Below are positions 1 to 9,205 of a stretch of 64,000 nt of DNA, one piece after another (position 1 is the first letter of the stretch; every line of letters starts with the position of its first letter). This DNA is from Sphingomonadaceae bacterium. GTDB lineage: Bacteria; Pseudomonadota; Alphaproteobacteria; Sphingomonadales; Sphingomonadaceae. Both the position numbers and the translations under genes were made by a program. The stretch lies in assembly GCA_021300355.1 (NCBI GenBank), contig JAJTEF010000001.1, positions 2,408 to 66,407 on the forward strand, given 5' to 3'. The notes beneath the pieces were generated by a model, which was given only the letters and a program-made list of their open reading frames with translations, did not search any database and was not told the origin of the DNA.

Positions 1-333
1 CCGGTGGATCGTCGACCAGGCCAGCCAGAGCACCAGAAAACCACCAACGATAAGCGGCCACCAGCTTTTGCCATCGGGCCGTTGCGGAATGCCACCAAAG
101 CCACCGCCTTTGCGGCGCAGCAATTCTTCCAATGACGGGCCGCGGGTCCGCGATTGTTTCGCCGCGCCTTCCGGCGTCGGGTCCCACGGGTTAACCGGAT
201 CAGGCTTTGATCGGCCGCCTTTGTCATTTGCGTTACCGGATGTACCGGTGTCGTGGGAATCGTCTGAATCCCACGGTCCTTTGCCTTCTACCGCCAAAAT
301 CTGTGACCCCTGCTCGTCAATTTTTCTGCTCAT
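1..333 (-). CDS. hflK: HflK-like FtsH modulator, N-terminal part (partial, runs off left edge)
   Basis: Absent from the ORF track because there is no stop in the window. Reverse-strand translation from the ATG at 333 gives MSRKIDEQ...NPWDPTPEG...GPSLEELLRRKGGGFGG...WWPLIVGGFLVLWLAW. That is a Gly/Pro-rich tail, an LEELLRR motif and a single TM helix, as in HflK N-termini. The + strand ORF 68..346 is its shadow. Confidence 0.65.
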   Translation of the reverse strand, partial: MSRKIDEQGSQILAVEGKGPWDSDDSHDTGTSGNANDKGGRSKPDPVNPWDPTPEGAAKQSRTRGPSLEELLRRKGGGFGGIPQRPDGKSWWPLIVGGFLVLWLAWSTIHR

Positions 334-404
334 AAAGTCTATGTAGTAGCGGTTTTTCAGAAAAACAGTGTCAATCCCGCAATTCTGAATCTATTCGGCA
401 TGAT

Positions 405-1379
405 ATGCCAAATATTGAACATTTTTCTGATATAATTTCTGCCGTCGCCGGCGCTCGTGCGAGCGGTTTGAAAATCGTCGATGGCGCGGTTTCGCTTGTG
501 CTTGACGTGTCGGGCTTGAACGCGGATGCGCGCGCACAAATGGAAGCCGATGTTCGCAGCGCCGCTGAACGCGCAGGCGCGACGTCGGTTCGGATCATGT
601 TGACGGCGGAGCGGATTACGCCGCGCCTGATCGCTGTTGCCAGCGGCAAAGGCGGCGTGGGTAAATCAACGCTGTCGACGAACCTTGCCATCGCCATGGC
701 GCGGGCCGGCCGATCGGTTGGGCTGGTTGATGCCGATATCTACGGTCCATCGCAACCGCGGTTGATGGGTGTTGAAGGCGTGAAGCCTGAAGCCGAAGGC
801 AAGAATATGATACCCGTAATGGGTGCTGGCGGCGTGCCTTTCCTGTCGATGGGCCAGTTGGTCAATCCGGGTCAGGCGATTGCGTGGCGTGGCCCCATGG
901 CGGGCAATGCCCTGTCGCAGCTTGTCGACGCCAAATGGGGTGATGTGCGCGACATCGTGGTCGATATGCCGCCGGGTACCGGCGACATCCAATTGTCGAT
1001 GATCCAAAAGCACAAGCCCGTCGGCGCCGTTATCATTTCGACGCCGCAGGATTTGGCATTGATTGACGCCACCCGCGCCATAAGCTTTTTTGACACCGCG
1101 AAAGTCCCGATCATTGGCCTCGTTGAAAATATGGCCGGCTATCTCTGCCCGCATTGCGGCGAAATGAGCGATCCTTTTGGCTCGGGCGGAGCCGAAGCGG
1201 CGGCAAAGGAATTGGGTATTCCGTTCTTGGGTCGCATTCCGCTGGATATCAAAATCCGCATGGCAAGCGATGCGGGCAATCCGCCGGCACTGGATGACGG
1301 CCCCATTAGCGATGCCTATGCCGCGATTGCCCGGCAAGTGTCTGCATGGGTGGATGCGCCAAAGGCCGCGCCTGCATGA
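405..1379 (+). CDS. apbC: Mrp/ApbC-type iron-sulfur cluster carrier ATPase
   Basis: Deviant Walker A (VASGKGGVGKST), a CPHC motif and ParA/MinD-like length. The N-terminal domain is typical of the Mrp/NBP35 family. Confidence 0.9.
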   Translation: MPNIEHFSDIISAVAGARASGLKIVDGAVSLVLDVSGLNADARAQMEADVRSAAERAGATSVRIMLTAERITPRLIAVASGKGGVGKSTLSTNLAIAMARAGRSVGLVDADIYGPSQPRLMGVEGVKPEAEGKNMIPVMGAGGVPFLSMGQLVNPGQAIAWRGPMAGNALSQLVDAKWGDVRDIVVDMPPGTGDIQLSMIQKHKPVGAVIISTPQDLALIDATRAISFFDTAKVPIIGLVENMAGYLCPHCGEMSDPFGSGGAEAAAKELGIPFLGRIPLDIKIRMASDAGNPPALDDGPISDAYAAIARQVSAWVDAPKAAPA

Positions 1380-3652
1380 CGGAAGACGCCGGGGCAAGCG
1401 AAGGCATTAGCCGCCGAAAGCTGATCATTGGTGGCGGCGCTGGCGTCGGTTTGCTTGTGGCGTGGGGCCTGTGGCCACGCCGCTACACGCCCAATTTACG
1501 GACGGTAGAGGGCGAGCATCTTTTCGGACCGTGGCTTAAAATTGCCGAGGACGGCAAAATCGTCGTGGGCGTTCCACAAAGCGAGTCTGGCCAAGGCGTG
1601 TATACCGCATTGGCGCAGATCGTCGCCGGAGAGCTTGGCGCTGACTGGCGGTCGGTGGCAGTGCAGCCAGTGCCGCCAAGTCCGATATTCGCAAATACAT
1701 TATTGGCGCGCGAGTGGGCCCCGGCATTCATGCCCGAAAACCTGTCGCTCAACGCAGATGGCGGTCCCGTTGCCAGCGGCATTAATGAACTTGCGAGACG
1801 CGACGTCTTTGTGGTGACCGGCGGATCATCCTCCATTCGGCAATTTGAAAAGCCATGCCGTGAAGCTGGCGCAGCGGCGCGGGCGGTCTTGTGTCAGGCC
1901 GCGGCAGCGCGCTGGGACGTTTCGTGGGAACAGTGCCAAACGGACCGCGGCTTTGTAGTCTTTGGAAAGAAACGCCTCGCATTTGCTGATCTTGTCATTG
2001 AAGCATCAGAGCTCGCGCCGCCATCGCCGATTCCGCTGAATTCTTCGCCGCGCAACCGCCTTTCGGGCCGTGACGCGCCGCGGCTCGATTTGTCTGCCAA
2101 GGTGGATGGCAGCGCAAGCTTTGCGGGCGACATTCGTTTGCCCGATATGCTCTACGCGTCGGTCAGGGGCGGACCAGCGGGCGACACCAGGTTGAAATCT
2201 GCCAACACAAAAGCGACCCTGAAAATGCGCGGCGTGGTGCAAGTGGTGCGCACCAAAAGCTGGGTTGCTGCGGTGGCGAGCAATTGGTGGGCAGCCAACA
2301 CCGCGCTCGATGCGATGACGCCCGTCTTCGCAACCAAAGGTGGTTTGGCGGACAGCCAGAAAATCCGACAGTCGCTTGGCGACGCTATCGCCAAAGGCCC
2401 CGGCTTTCGTGCCTTCAAATCAGGCGACGTTGACGCTGCAATGGCCCCCGAGACGGCAACGCGCATTTTTAAGGCCGACTATTCGGTGGGTGCGGCGGTG
2501 CACGCCCCTATTGAAACACGGTCTGCGACGGCGGATTATCGCAATGGTCGTCTGCAATTATGGATCGCATCACAAGCGCCTCAGGCCGCGCGGGTTGCCG
2601 CAGCAAACGCCATTGGCATCGATGTAAATGATGTCGTTCTCTACCCCGTCATGGCGGGCGGAAGTTTCGACCGCAATTTTGACAATGTGATTGCCGCGCA
2701 AGTTGCGGTCATTGCCAAGGAAGTGGGCCGGCCAGTTCAACTGGTCTGGTCGCGTCCTGAAGACTTCTTGCGGGATCATGTCCGCACACCGGCGCTGGGC
2801 CGTTTATCCGCCGCGATAAATGCCGAAGGCGCCGTGACCGCCATGAGCGTGCGGTTAGCCGCGGCATCCAGCATGCGTGAGCTTGCAAACCGGATCGATG
2901 GACAAAGCGTTGACGCAGCGCGCAAGGCGTCCGCAGGCGAATTTGACGCGCTCGCGGTGCGCGGTGCGGAGATACCATATGCCATTCCCAATCTGACGGT
3001 TGACCATTTCCCCGTGCGCATGCCGATGCCAACCGGGCCGTGGCGTAGCCTTGCCAACAGTTACAACTGCTTCTTCGTCGAAGGTTTCATTGACGAGCTT
3101 GCCCAGAAAGCTGGCGTCGAGCCCTTGTCGTTTCGCATGCAAATGCTTGTCGGCCAAACGCGCCTTGCCCGATGCCTTACGGGCGTCGCCAATATGGCGG
3201 GATGGGACGGTGGTGCATCAGGCAGCGGACGCGGCATTGCGTGCCACAGCATGCGCGGCAGCCACATTGCCGTTATCGTGACGGCGCGTACTAGCGAAAC
3301 CGGCGTGCGTGTCGATCGTATTCATGCGATGGCGGATTGCGGGCGGCTCATTAATCCCGATCTCGCGCGCCAGCAGATTGAGGGCGGCATTGTGTTTGGA
3401 TTGGCACAAGCATTGGGTTCAACAACCGAATATCAGAACGGCCTGCCAACCGCCCGCCGTCTGCGCGATGTGGACCTGCCGAAATTGACCGACGTGCCAG
3501 AAATCACCGTTGAATTTGCGCGCAGCGATGCGGCGCCGGGCGGTGTGACTGAACTCGGGGTGCCGCCAGTTGCACCCGCACTTGCAAACGCATTATTCTC
3601 TGCAGCGGGAATACGTTTGCGTGAACTTCCATTGCTGTCCCGGGGACTATAA
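1376..3652 (+). CDS. Xanthine dehydrogenase-family molybdopterin-binding subunit (IorB / aldehyde oxidase large-subunit-like) with Tat-type signal
   Basis: Twin-arginine N-terminus (SRRKLIIGGGAGVGLL) and about 760 aa with aldehyde oxidase/xanthine dehydrogenase a/b-hammerhead-like and MoCo-binding-like sequence. The ATG at 1376 overlaps the apbC stop (ATGA). I prefer 1376 to the track start 1346. Confidence 0.8.
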   Translation: MTEDAGASEGISRRKLIIGGGAGVGLLVAWGLWPRRYTPNLRTVEGEHLFGPWLKIAEDGKIVVGVPQSESGQGVYTALAQIVAGELGADWRSVAVQPVPPSPIFANTLLAREWAPAFMPENLSLNADGGPVASGINELARRDVFVVTGGSSSIRQFEKPCREAGAAARAVLCQAAAARWDVSWEQCQTDRGFVVFGKKRLAFADLVIEASELAPPSPIPLNSSPRNRLSGRDAPRLDLSAKVDGSASFAGDIRLPDMLYASVRGGPAGDTRLKSANTKATLKMRGVVQVVRTKSWVAAVASNWWAANTALDAMTPVFATKGGLADSQKIRQSLGDAIAKGPGFRAFKSGDVDAAMAPETATRIFKADYSVGAAVHAPIETRSATADYRNGRLQLWIASQAPQAARVAAANAIGIDVNDVVLYPVMAGGSFDRNFDNVIAAQVAVIAKEVGRPVQLVWSRPEDFLRDHVRTPALGRLSAAINAEGAVTAMSVRLAAASSMRELANRIDGQSVDAARKASAGEFDALAVRGAEIPYAIPNLTVDHFPVRMPMPTGPWRSLANSYNCFFVEGFIDELAQKAGVEPLSFRMQMLVGQTRLARCLTGVANMAGWDGGASGSGRGIACHSMRGSHIAVIVTARTSETGVRVDRIHAMADCGRLINPDLARQQIEGGIVFGLAQALGSTTEYQNGLPTARRLRDVDLPKLTDVPEITVEFARSDAAPGGVTELGVPPVAPALANALFSAAGIRLRELPLLSRGL

Positions 3653-4650
3653 TGACATTACCAACGAACCACCCACCCGTAGCGACGCCCAAAGTCGGCG
3701 TCCTGCTGGTGAATCTGGGTACGCCAGACGCACCGACGACGTCAGCGGTGAAGCGCTATTTGAAACAGTTTCTATCGGATCGTCGCGTTGTCGAAATTCC
3801 GCCTTTGGTGTGGCAACCAATTTTACGCGGCATCATTTTGAACACCCGTCCGCAAAAATCCGCGAAGGCATATGCCAAGGTATGGACCGAAAAAGGATCG
3901 CCGCTGGCGTTTTTTACAGCCGGACAGGCGGAAGCGTTGCAGGCGTGTATGGAAGGGATCGCCGATGTGCGGTACGCCATGCGTTATGGCAATCCGTCGG
4001 TCGCTGATCAACTGGCCGCGATGAAAGCGGCGGGGTGCAACCGGATTTTGATCGCGCCATTATATCCGCAATATTCGGGGGCGACGACAGGTACTGTGCT
4101 TGATGAAGCCTATGCTACGCTCACCGCCATGCGTTGGCATCCGGCGATCCGGACGCTGCCCGCTTATCATGATGATGCGCGCTATATCGGCGCGTTGAAG
4201 ACGTCGATTGAAGCGTCGCTTGCGAAACTGGATTTCGTACCCGACGCGCTTGTGATCAGTTTCCACGGGATGCCGGAACGGACGCTCCATTTGGGGGATC
4301 CTTATCATTGCCACTGCCAAAAAACCGCACGGCTTCTGTCGGAAGCCATGGGCCGCGCGCTTGTTGTCAGTTTCCAATCGCGTTTCGGGCGAGCAAAATG
4401 GCTTGAACCCGCCACGGACGACACGCTGATGAAGCTTGCGCGCGAAGGGACAAAGAAAGTCGCGATCTTTGCGCCGGGCTTTTCGGTTGATTGCCTCGAA
4501 ACGCTCGAAGAACTGGCGATGCAAGGACATGAGCAGTTCGAAGAAGCGGGCGGCACGCATTATGCCTATCTGCCGTGCCTGAACGACAGCGATATCGGCA
4601 TGGATATGCTTGAACAGATTATCGGGCAGGAACTGGCTGGCTGGATCTGA
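3652..4650 (+). CDS. hemH: Ferrochelatase
   Basis: Typical ferrochelatase N-terminus (VGVLLVNLGTPDAP, YLKQFLSDRRVV), the SFHGMPE motif and about 330 aa. The start overlaps the upstream stop (TAATG). Confidence 0.95.
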   Translation: MTLPTNHPPVATPKVGVLLVNLGTPDAPTTSAVKRYLKQFLSDRRVVEIPPLVWQPILRGIILNTRPQKSAKAYAKVWTEKGSPLAFFTAGQAEALQACMEGIADVRYAMRYGNPSVADQLAAMKAAGCNRILIAPLYPQYSGATTGTVLDEAYATLTAMRWHPAIRTLPAYHDDARYIGALKTSIEASLAKLDFVPDALVISFHGMPERTLHLGDPYHCHCQKTARLLSEAMGRALVVSFQSRFGRAKWLEPATDDTLMKLAREGTKKVAIFAPGFSVDCLETLEELAMQGHEQFEEAGGTHYAYLPCLNDSDIGMDMLEQIIGQELAGWI

Positions 4651-4657
4651 TCATTGG

Positions 4658-4681
4658 CGCAGCGTGGCTGCGGCTTTTTTG
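4658..4681 (+). terminator. Rho-independent terminator candidate after hemH
   Basis: CGCAGC-GTG-GCTGCG hairpin followed by GC and a T6 run, immediately after the hemH stop. Confidence 0.5.
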
Positions 4682-4758
4682 TGCTAACGTTTACGGCAAC
4701 TTGCACTTGTGCCCTTGTCCATTAATCATGGCGGAAATAGCGATGAGGAGAGCAATGC

Positions 4759-5481
4759 ATGTCACGAATTGCGGTGGTTACAGGCGGGACCAGAGGTATT
4801 GGTGAAGCGATCTGTTTGAAGCTTCAAGAAAAAGGCCGGATGGTCATCGCCAACTATGGTGGCAATGACGCGGCCGCCAAGGCGTTTTCAGAAAGGACCG
4901 GCATTGCGGTGCGGAAGTGGGACGTTGGCGATCACCAAAGCTGTCTGGACGCCTGCGCGGCGATTGAGGCTGAGTTCGGGCCGATCGACATCATGGTCAA
5001 CAACGCGGGCATCACCCGCGATGCTACGATGATGAAGATGACATTTGAACAATGGGATGAAGTGATCCGTGTCGACCTGACCGGATGTTTCAACATGGCC
5101 AAGGCGGTATTTGCGGGCATGCGCGAACGCAAATGGGGGCGCATCGTGAACATCGGCTCAGTCAACGGCCAAGGCGGCCAAATCGGCCAGGTGAACTACG
5201 CCGCGGCAAAATCAGGCATCCATGGTTTCACCAAATCGCTTGCCGCTGAAGGTGCGCGCTATGGCGTGACCGCCAATGCAATCGCGCCGGGCTATATCGG
5301 CACCGAAATGCTGTCGACCATCCCGGAAAATGTGATGGAAAAGATCGTCGCCCAAATTCCCGTGGGCCGATTAGGTCAACCGGACGAAATCGCCCGCGGC
5401 GTCGAATTTTTGACGAGCGACAATGCAGGCTTCATCACCGGTTCGACTTTGTCGATCAACGGTGGTCAGCACATGTATTGA
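4759..5481 (+). CDS. phbB: Acetoacetyl-CoA reductase (SDR)
   Basis: VTGGTRGIG cofactor motif, NNAG and YxxxK (YAAAK) motifs, 240 aa, with end-to-end resemblance to PhbB/PhaB. Confidence 0.85.
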   Translation: MSRIAVVTGGTRGIGEAICLKLQEKGRMVIANYGGNDAAAKAFSERTGIAVRKWDVGDHQSCLDACAAIEAEFGPIDIMVNNAGITRDATMMKMTFEQWDEVIRVDLTGCFNMAKAVFAGMRERKWGRIVNIGSVNGQGGQIGQVNYAAAKSGIHGFTKSLAAEGARYGVTANAIAPGYIGTEMLSTIPENVMEKIVAQIPVGRLGQPDEIARGVEFLTSDNAGFITGSTLSINGGQHMY

Positions 5482-5494
5482 TGGACGTCGGCGG

Positions 5495-5722
5495 GTGAGC
5501 GACATTTATCATCCACCCGTCAAGCGCAGCATGACGGTGGCGGGGCATCAAACCTCCATCAGTCTGGAACCGCTTTTCTGGGACGCGTTGAAACGGGCTG
5601 CCGAGCAGAAGGATTTGCCCGTCAATGCGCTGGTCGCGCAAATCGATGTTGAGCGTCTGGAATCGGGCACGCCCTGCGGGTTGGCGAGTGCGATTCGGTT
5701 GTGGGTGATGGCGAACGCATAA
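5495..5722 (+). CDS. Ribbon-helix-helix (RHH_4-type) domain protein
   Basis: The core KRSMTVAGHQTSISLEPLFWDALKRAAEQKDLPVNALVAQID matches the conserved RHH_4 pattern. The GTG at 5495 is the only plausible start upstream of the conserved KRS, so the start is uncertain. Confidence 0.65.
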   Translation: MSDIYHPPVKRSMTVAGHQTSISLEPLFWDALKRAAEQKDLPVNALVAQIDVERLESGTPCGLASAIRLWVMANA

Positions 5723-5753
5723 AGGGTTCCGTCACATCGACCTGTCCCGTCGG

Positions 5754-6392
5754 TTAAAGACCTGCTTCGACCGCTATTCGGACGGCATCTGCAGCATTCG
5801 ACGTCGACAGTTTCTTGAACATCAGCATGCGGTGCATCTGAACCGTTTTTTCGCTTAAGGACAATCGATAGGCAATCTGCTTTGTCCGGAAACCGCGGGC
5901 CATCTGCTGCAAAATCTCGCGCTGGCGGGGCGAAAGTCGGTCGACGATCTGTGCAGCCTGTTGTTGCCGCACCAGCCCAATGCTTTCCTCTTCCGGAAGG
6001 ACTTCGATTTGGGATCCGACGAACAGCTCAAGATTCCCATCATCGTCGAACAATGGCGCAATCATCACCGCGTTGCGAAAGGGGGAGCCGTCTTTCCGGT
6101 AATTGATGAGCTCTGCCAGTGCAGGGTGCTTCCCATATACTGCGGAACGCAGTTTTTCGGTCTGGCCATTTTCGGTGTCCGGACCGCGCAAGAAACGGCA
6201 GTTGCGGCCGATAACTTCGTCTTCTGCATAGCCGGTCAACGCACAAAAAGCCGCATTCACCGCAATCAGGGGATTGTCTGGCTTGGTGGGGTCGCTGACG
6301 ACGGTTGCGATGGGGCTAAAGCGGATCGAATCCAAAACTGGATGACGCGTGGCTCGGCTTGGCTTCGGATTCAAATTCGTTTTCACTTCCAT
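5754..6392 (-). CDS. LOV (PAS) domain - LuxR-type HTH light-responsive transcription factor (EL222-like)
   Basis: The canonical LOV flavin-adduct motif GRNCRFLRG is present with its cysteine. After a linker comes a C-terminal LuxR/GerE HTH (LSPRQREILQQMARGFRTKQIAYRLSLSEKTVQMHR). Confidence 0.85.
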   Translation of the reverse strand: MEVKTNLNPKPSRATRHPVLDSIRFSPIATVVSDPTKPDNPLIAVNAAFCALTGYAEDEVIGRNCRFLRGPDTENGQTEKLRSAVYGKHPALAELINYRKDGSPFRNAVMIAPLFDDDGNLELFVGSQIEVLPEEESIGLVRQQQAAQIVDRLSPRQREILQQMARGFRTKQIAYRLSLSEKTVQMHRMLMFKKLSTSNAADAVRIAVEAGL

Positions 6393-6462
6393 GGAAGATG
6401 CCGCAAAAATATCAATGTGGCAACTGTTCCTTCAAAGCGACGCTCGAAGCAAATCGCGCTCT

Positions 6463-7743
6463 TTAGTCTGAGCCGACCCGCTCAACATCCGCGCCGACAA
6501 GCTGAAGCTTTTCTTCTAGCCGTTCATAGCCCCTGTCGAGGTGGTACAGACGGCTCACATGCGTTTCGCCCTCTGCGACCAGGCCCGCGATCACAAGGCT
6601 CATAGAGGCTCTCAAATCGGTTGCCATCACAGGCGCGCCCGTCATTTTCTTCACGCCGTGGACAATGGCCGTACGGCCCTTGGTTTCGATATGCGCGCCC
6701 ATACGGTTGAGTTCGGGCACGTGCATGTACCGGTTTTCGAAAATTGTTTCGGTCAGAACACTTGCGCCGTCCGCCATGCACAGCATGGCCATGAACTGCG
6801 CCTGCATATCGGTCGCAAAGCCCGGATATGGCGCGGTTGAAATCGTCAGCGGCTTTAATTTGCCATCGGACGCGATGCGGATCCCGCCTGCGGTTTCTTC
6901 AACCGTGACGCCTGATTGGCGCAGCGCATCCAGCGTTGCGTCCATTTCGCTCGCCTTTGCGCCGACAAGTTCAATATCGCCGCCGGTAATGGCTGCGGCG
7001 CAGGCATAGCTGCCCGCTTCGATCCGGTCGCTCATGACGCGGTATGTCGCGCCATGCAGACGGTCTTTACCGTGAATGATAAGGTCGGATGTGCCGATGC
7101 CTTCAATCTGCGCGCCCATCGCGACAAGCAAGTTGCACAAATCGACGATTTCCGGTTCGCGCGCGGCATTGTGCAGAACACATGTGCCCTTCGCGAGGCT
7201 GGCCGCCATCAGCGCGTTTTCGGTCGCACCCACGGACACGACTGGGAAGGTATAGGTCCCGCCGGGAATGCCTTTTTTGGCGACCGCCTTCACATATCCT
7301 GCAGCGACTTCAATTTCGACGCCAAAGGCCTCAAGCGCTTTTAGGTGAAGGTCGATTGGCCGGTTGCCGATGGCGCATCCGCCGGGCAACGACACGGTCG
7401 CCTCGCCCGCACGGGCAAGCATTGGGCCCAAAACCAGAATCGACGCGCGCATTTTGCGGACAAGGTCATAGGGCGCGATGTTTGTGGTGATACGCGTCGC
7501 TTCGAGCGTCATCACGCGGCCGAAATCTTCAGGGCGCGATCCGGCAACCGTCGTGGAAATACCGAACTGGTTCATCAAATGCTGAAAACCATCAATGTCC
7601 GCCAAGCGCGGCAAATTGCGCAAGGTCAGCGGCTCGTCGGTCAGCAACGCGCATGGTATCAGCGTCAATGCGCTGTTCTTCGCACCTGAAATGGGGATCT
7701 TGCCCTTGAGCGTATTGCCGCCGCGTACGATTATCTTATCCAT
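6463..7743 (-). CDS. murA: UDP-N-acetylglucosamine 1-carboxyvinyltransferase
   Basis: [27 protein letters not shown]-terminus, active-site Cys region ([15 protein letters not shown]) and 426 aa. Confidence 0.95.
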   Translation of the reverse strand: MDKIIVRGGNTLKGKIPISGAKNSALTLIPCALLTDEPLTLRNLPRLADIDGFQHLMNQFGISTTVAGSRPEDFGRVMTLEATRITTNIAPYDLVRKMRASILVLGPMLARAGEATVSLPGGCAIGNRPIDLHLKALEAFGVEIEVAAGYVKAVAKKGIPGGTYTFPVVSVGATENALMAASLAKGTCVLHNAAREPEIVDLCNLLVAMGAQIEGIGTSDLIIHGKDRLHGATYRVMSDRIEAGSYACAAAITGGDIELVGAKASEMDATLDALRQSGVTVEETAGGIRIASDGKLKPLTISTAPYPGFATDMQAQFMAMLCMADGASVLTETIFENRYMHVPELNRMGAHIETKGRTAIVHGVKKMTGAPVMATDLRASMSLVIAGLVAEGETHVSRLYHLDRGYERLEEKLQLVGADVERVGSD

Positions 7744-7793
7744 CGCAGGGTATTTAGCGGGAATCGATTGCGGCGCAACTTAGGAATTGGAAG

Positions 7794-8396
7794 TCACGAC
7801 ATCGTGAGCGCAATCTCAAGCTGACCAAGCCGTTCTTTCCCCCAATATATCTCGTCGCCCACAAAGAATGTCGGGACGCCAAATGCCCCACGTTTGGCGG
7901 CATCTTCGGTATTCGCGATCAATTCCGCCTTCACCGCGGGATCCTCGGCCTTGGCGAGCAATGCTGCACTGTCGATGCCAGCTGCATCTAGAACCGACGC
8001 GATGATCTGTGCATCGCTCATGTCCGCGCCGTCTTCCCACATCGCCGCCATCACTGCGTCCACATAAGGCGCAAAGCAGCCGAGATGCTGCGCGGCAACC
8101 GCGCCGCGCATCAGTTGCAGGGAATTGATGGGAAAGCGCGGGTTCATTTTGAACGGCAGCGCATGTGCTTTTACGAAGCGGTCGAATTCCAGCATCTCAT
8201 AATTGCGTTTTGCAGGTGTCTCGGCATAGCGCATGAACGGTGCTTGGTTGTTGGTAAGCTTGAACAGTCCCCCCAGCGAGATAGGGATATAGACCGCTTC
8301 GGCGCCCGTACGTGCGCATATATCGGGCAGCATCTTGTGTGCGAGATAGCTGTTGGGCCCGCCGAAATCGAAAAGAAATTGGAAGCTTTTGGTCAT
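7794..8396 (-). CDS. 2-hydroxychromene-2-carboxylate isomerase family (DsbA-like) protein
   Basis: FDFGGPNSYLA N-terminal motif and a thioredoxin-like DsbA-family sequence. The ATG at 8396 overlaps the upstream SDR stop (TAATG). I prefer it to the track start 8414. Confidence 0.75.
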   Translation of the reverse strand: MTKSFQFLFDFGGPNSYLAHKMLPDICARTGAEAVYIPISLGGLFKLTNNQAPFMRYAETPAKRNYEMLEFDRFVKAHALPFKMNPRFPINSLQLMRGAVAAQHLGCFAPYVDAVMAAMWEDGADMSDAQIIASVLDAAGIDSAALLAKAEDPAVKAELIANTEDAAKRGAFGVPTFFVGDEIYWGKERLGQLEIALTMS

Positions 8397-9121
8397 TAAA
8401 AATTTTCCGTCCACGGCCGTAAATCCACCTCATGCGTCCACGCACTGCGGTGTTGTTTGTGTAATGCCACATATTGCAGCGCAATCGCATCAGGTGACAA
8501 CACGCCGTCCGCTGCCTTGGCCGCTTCGAAATTGGGGTGAATGCCCCTGATAAAGGCCGTGTCAATTCCGCCATCAATGATGACATGCGCAACGTGAATA
8601 TTCTTCGGCCCAAGTTCGCGCGCCATTGATTGCGCCAGCATGCGCAGCGCGCCTTTTGCGCCGGAAAAGGCTGAAAAACCGCTTCCACCGCGTATACTGG
8701 CAGTCGCGCCGGTGAAAATGATTGTTCCCGACCGGCGCTCAACCATCCGGCGCGCCGCTTCGCGTCCCATGAGGAAACCCGCAAAGGCCGCCATTTCCCA
8801 GACCTTGCGATAAACCTGTGCGGTCATATCCAAAATTGAGAAGTTCACATTGGCGCCGATGTTGAACACGGCAACCTCAATCGGGCCCACATCGCGTTCA
8901 ATCGCGTCAACCATTGCCACGACTTCTTCTTCGATACGCGCGTCTGCGGGATAGGCGCGGGCAGCATAGCCCTCCGCATGAATGGACTTTACCAGCGCGT
9001 CCAATTCATCGGCGTTACGCGCACGTCGGTTGACACAAGCGGTGTAGCCTTCGCGGGCAAACGCCTTTGCAATTGCTCCGCCCGTTGCGTCACCTGCGCC
9101 AACTATCAATGCTGCTGCCAT
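8396..9121 (-). CDS. SDR family oxidoreductase
   Basis: N-terminal Rossmann motif (VGAGDATGGAIA) and a YxxxK-type region (FSGAKGAL). It is translationally coupled to the downstream isomerase. Confidence 0.8.
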   Translation of the reverse strand: MAAALIVGAGDATGGAIAKAFAREGYTACVNRRARNADELDALVKSIHAEGYAARAYPADARIEEEVVAMVDAIERDVGPIEVAVFNIGANVNFSILDMTAQVYRKVWEMAAFAGFLMGREAARRMVERRSGTIIFTGATASIRGGSGFSAFSGAKGALRMLAQSMARELGPKNIHVAHVIIDGGIDTAFIRGIHPNFEAAKAADGVLSPDAIALQYVALHKQHRSAWTHEVDLRPWTENF

Positions 9122-9205
9122 ATTATTTCTCCTTGCACGACGGGATGACTTGCCAGCCCGGAATTTGCAACCGATAGTCGGCCAATAAAGTCTTGGGAGA
9201 GTGCG

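Noticed and set aside
68-346. A + strand 92-aa ORF at the left edge.
   Set aside because: The opposite strand over the same span encodes a convincing HflK N-terminus running off the window, so this ORF is its shadow.
666-1397. A 243-aa minus-strand ORF antisense to apbC. Similar long antisense ORFs occur at 13465..14490, 15506..16066, 17359..18245, 27659..28480, 33807..34685, 35324..36213, 38659..39387, 48103..49110, 49420..50265, 50004..50717 and 61787..62560.
   Set aside because: Each lies fully inside a gene on the other strand that has clear family signatures. Their compositions (R/A/G/P/C-rich) and lack of motifs indicate non-coding shadow frames.
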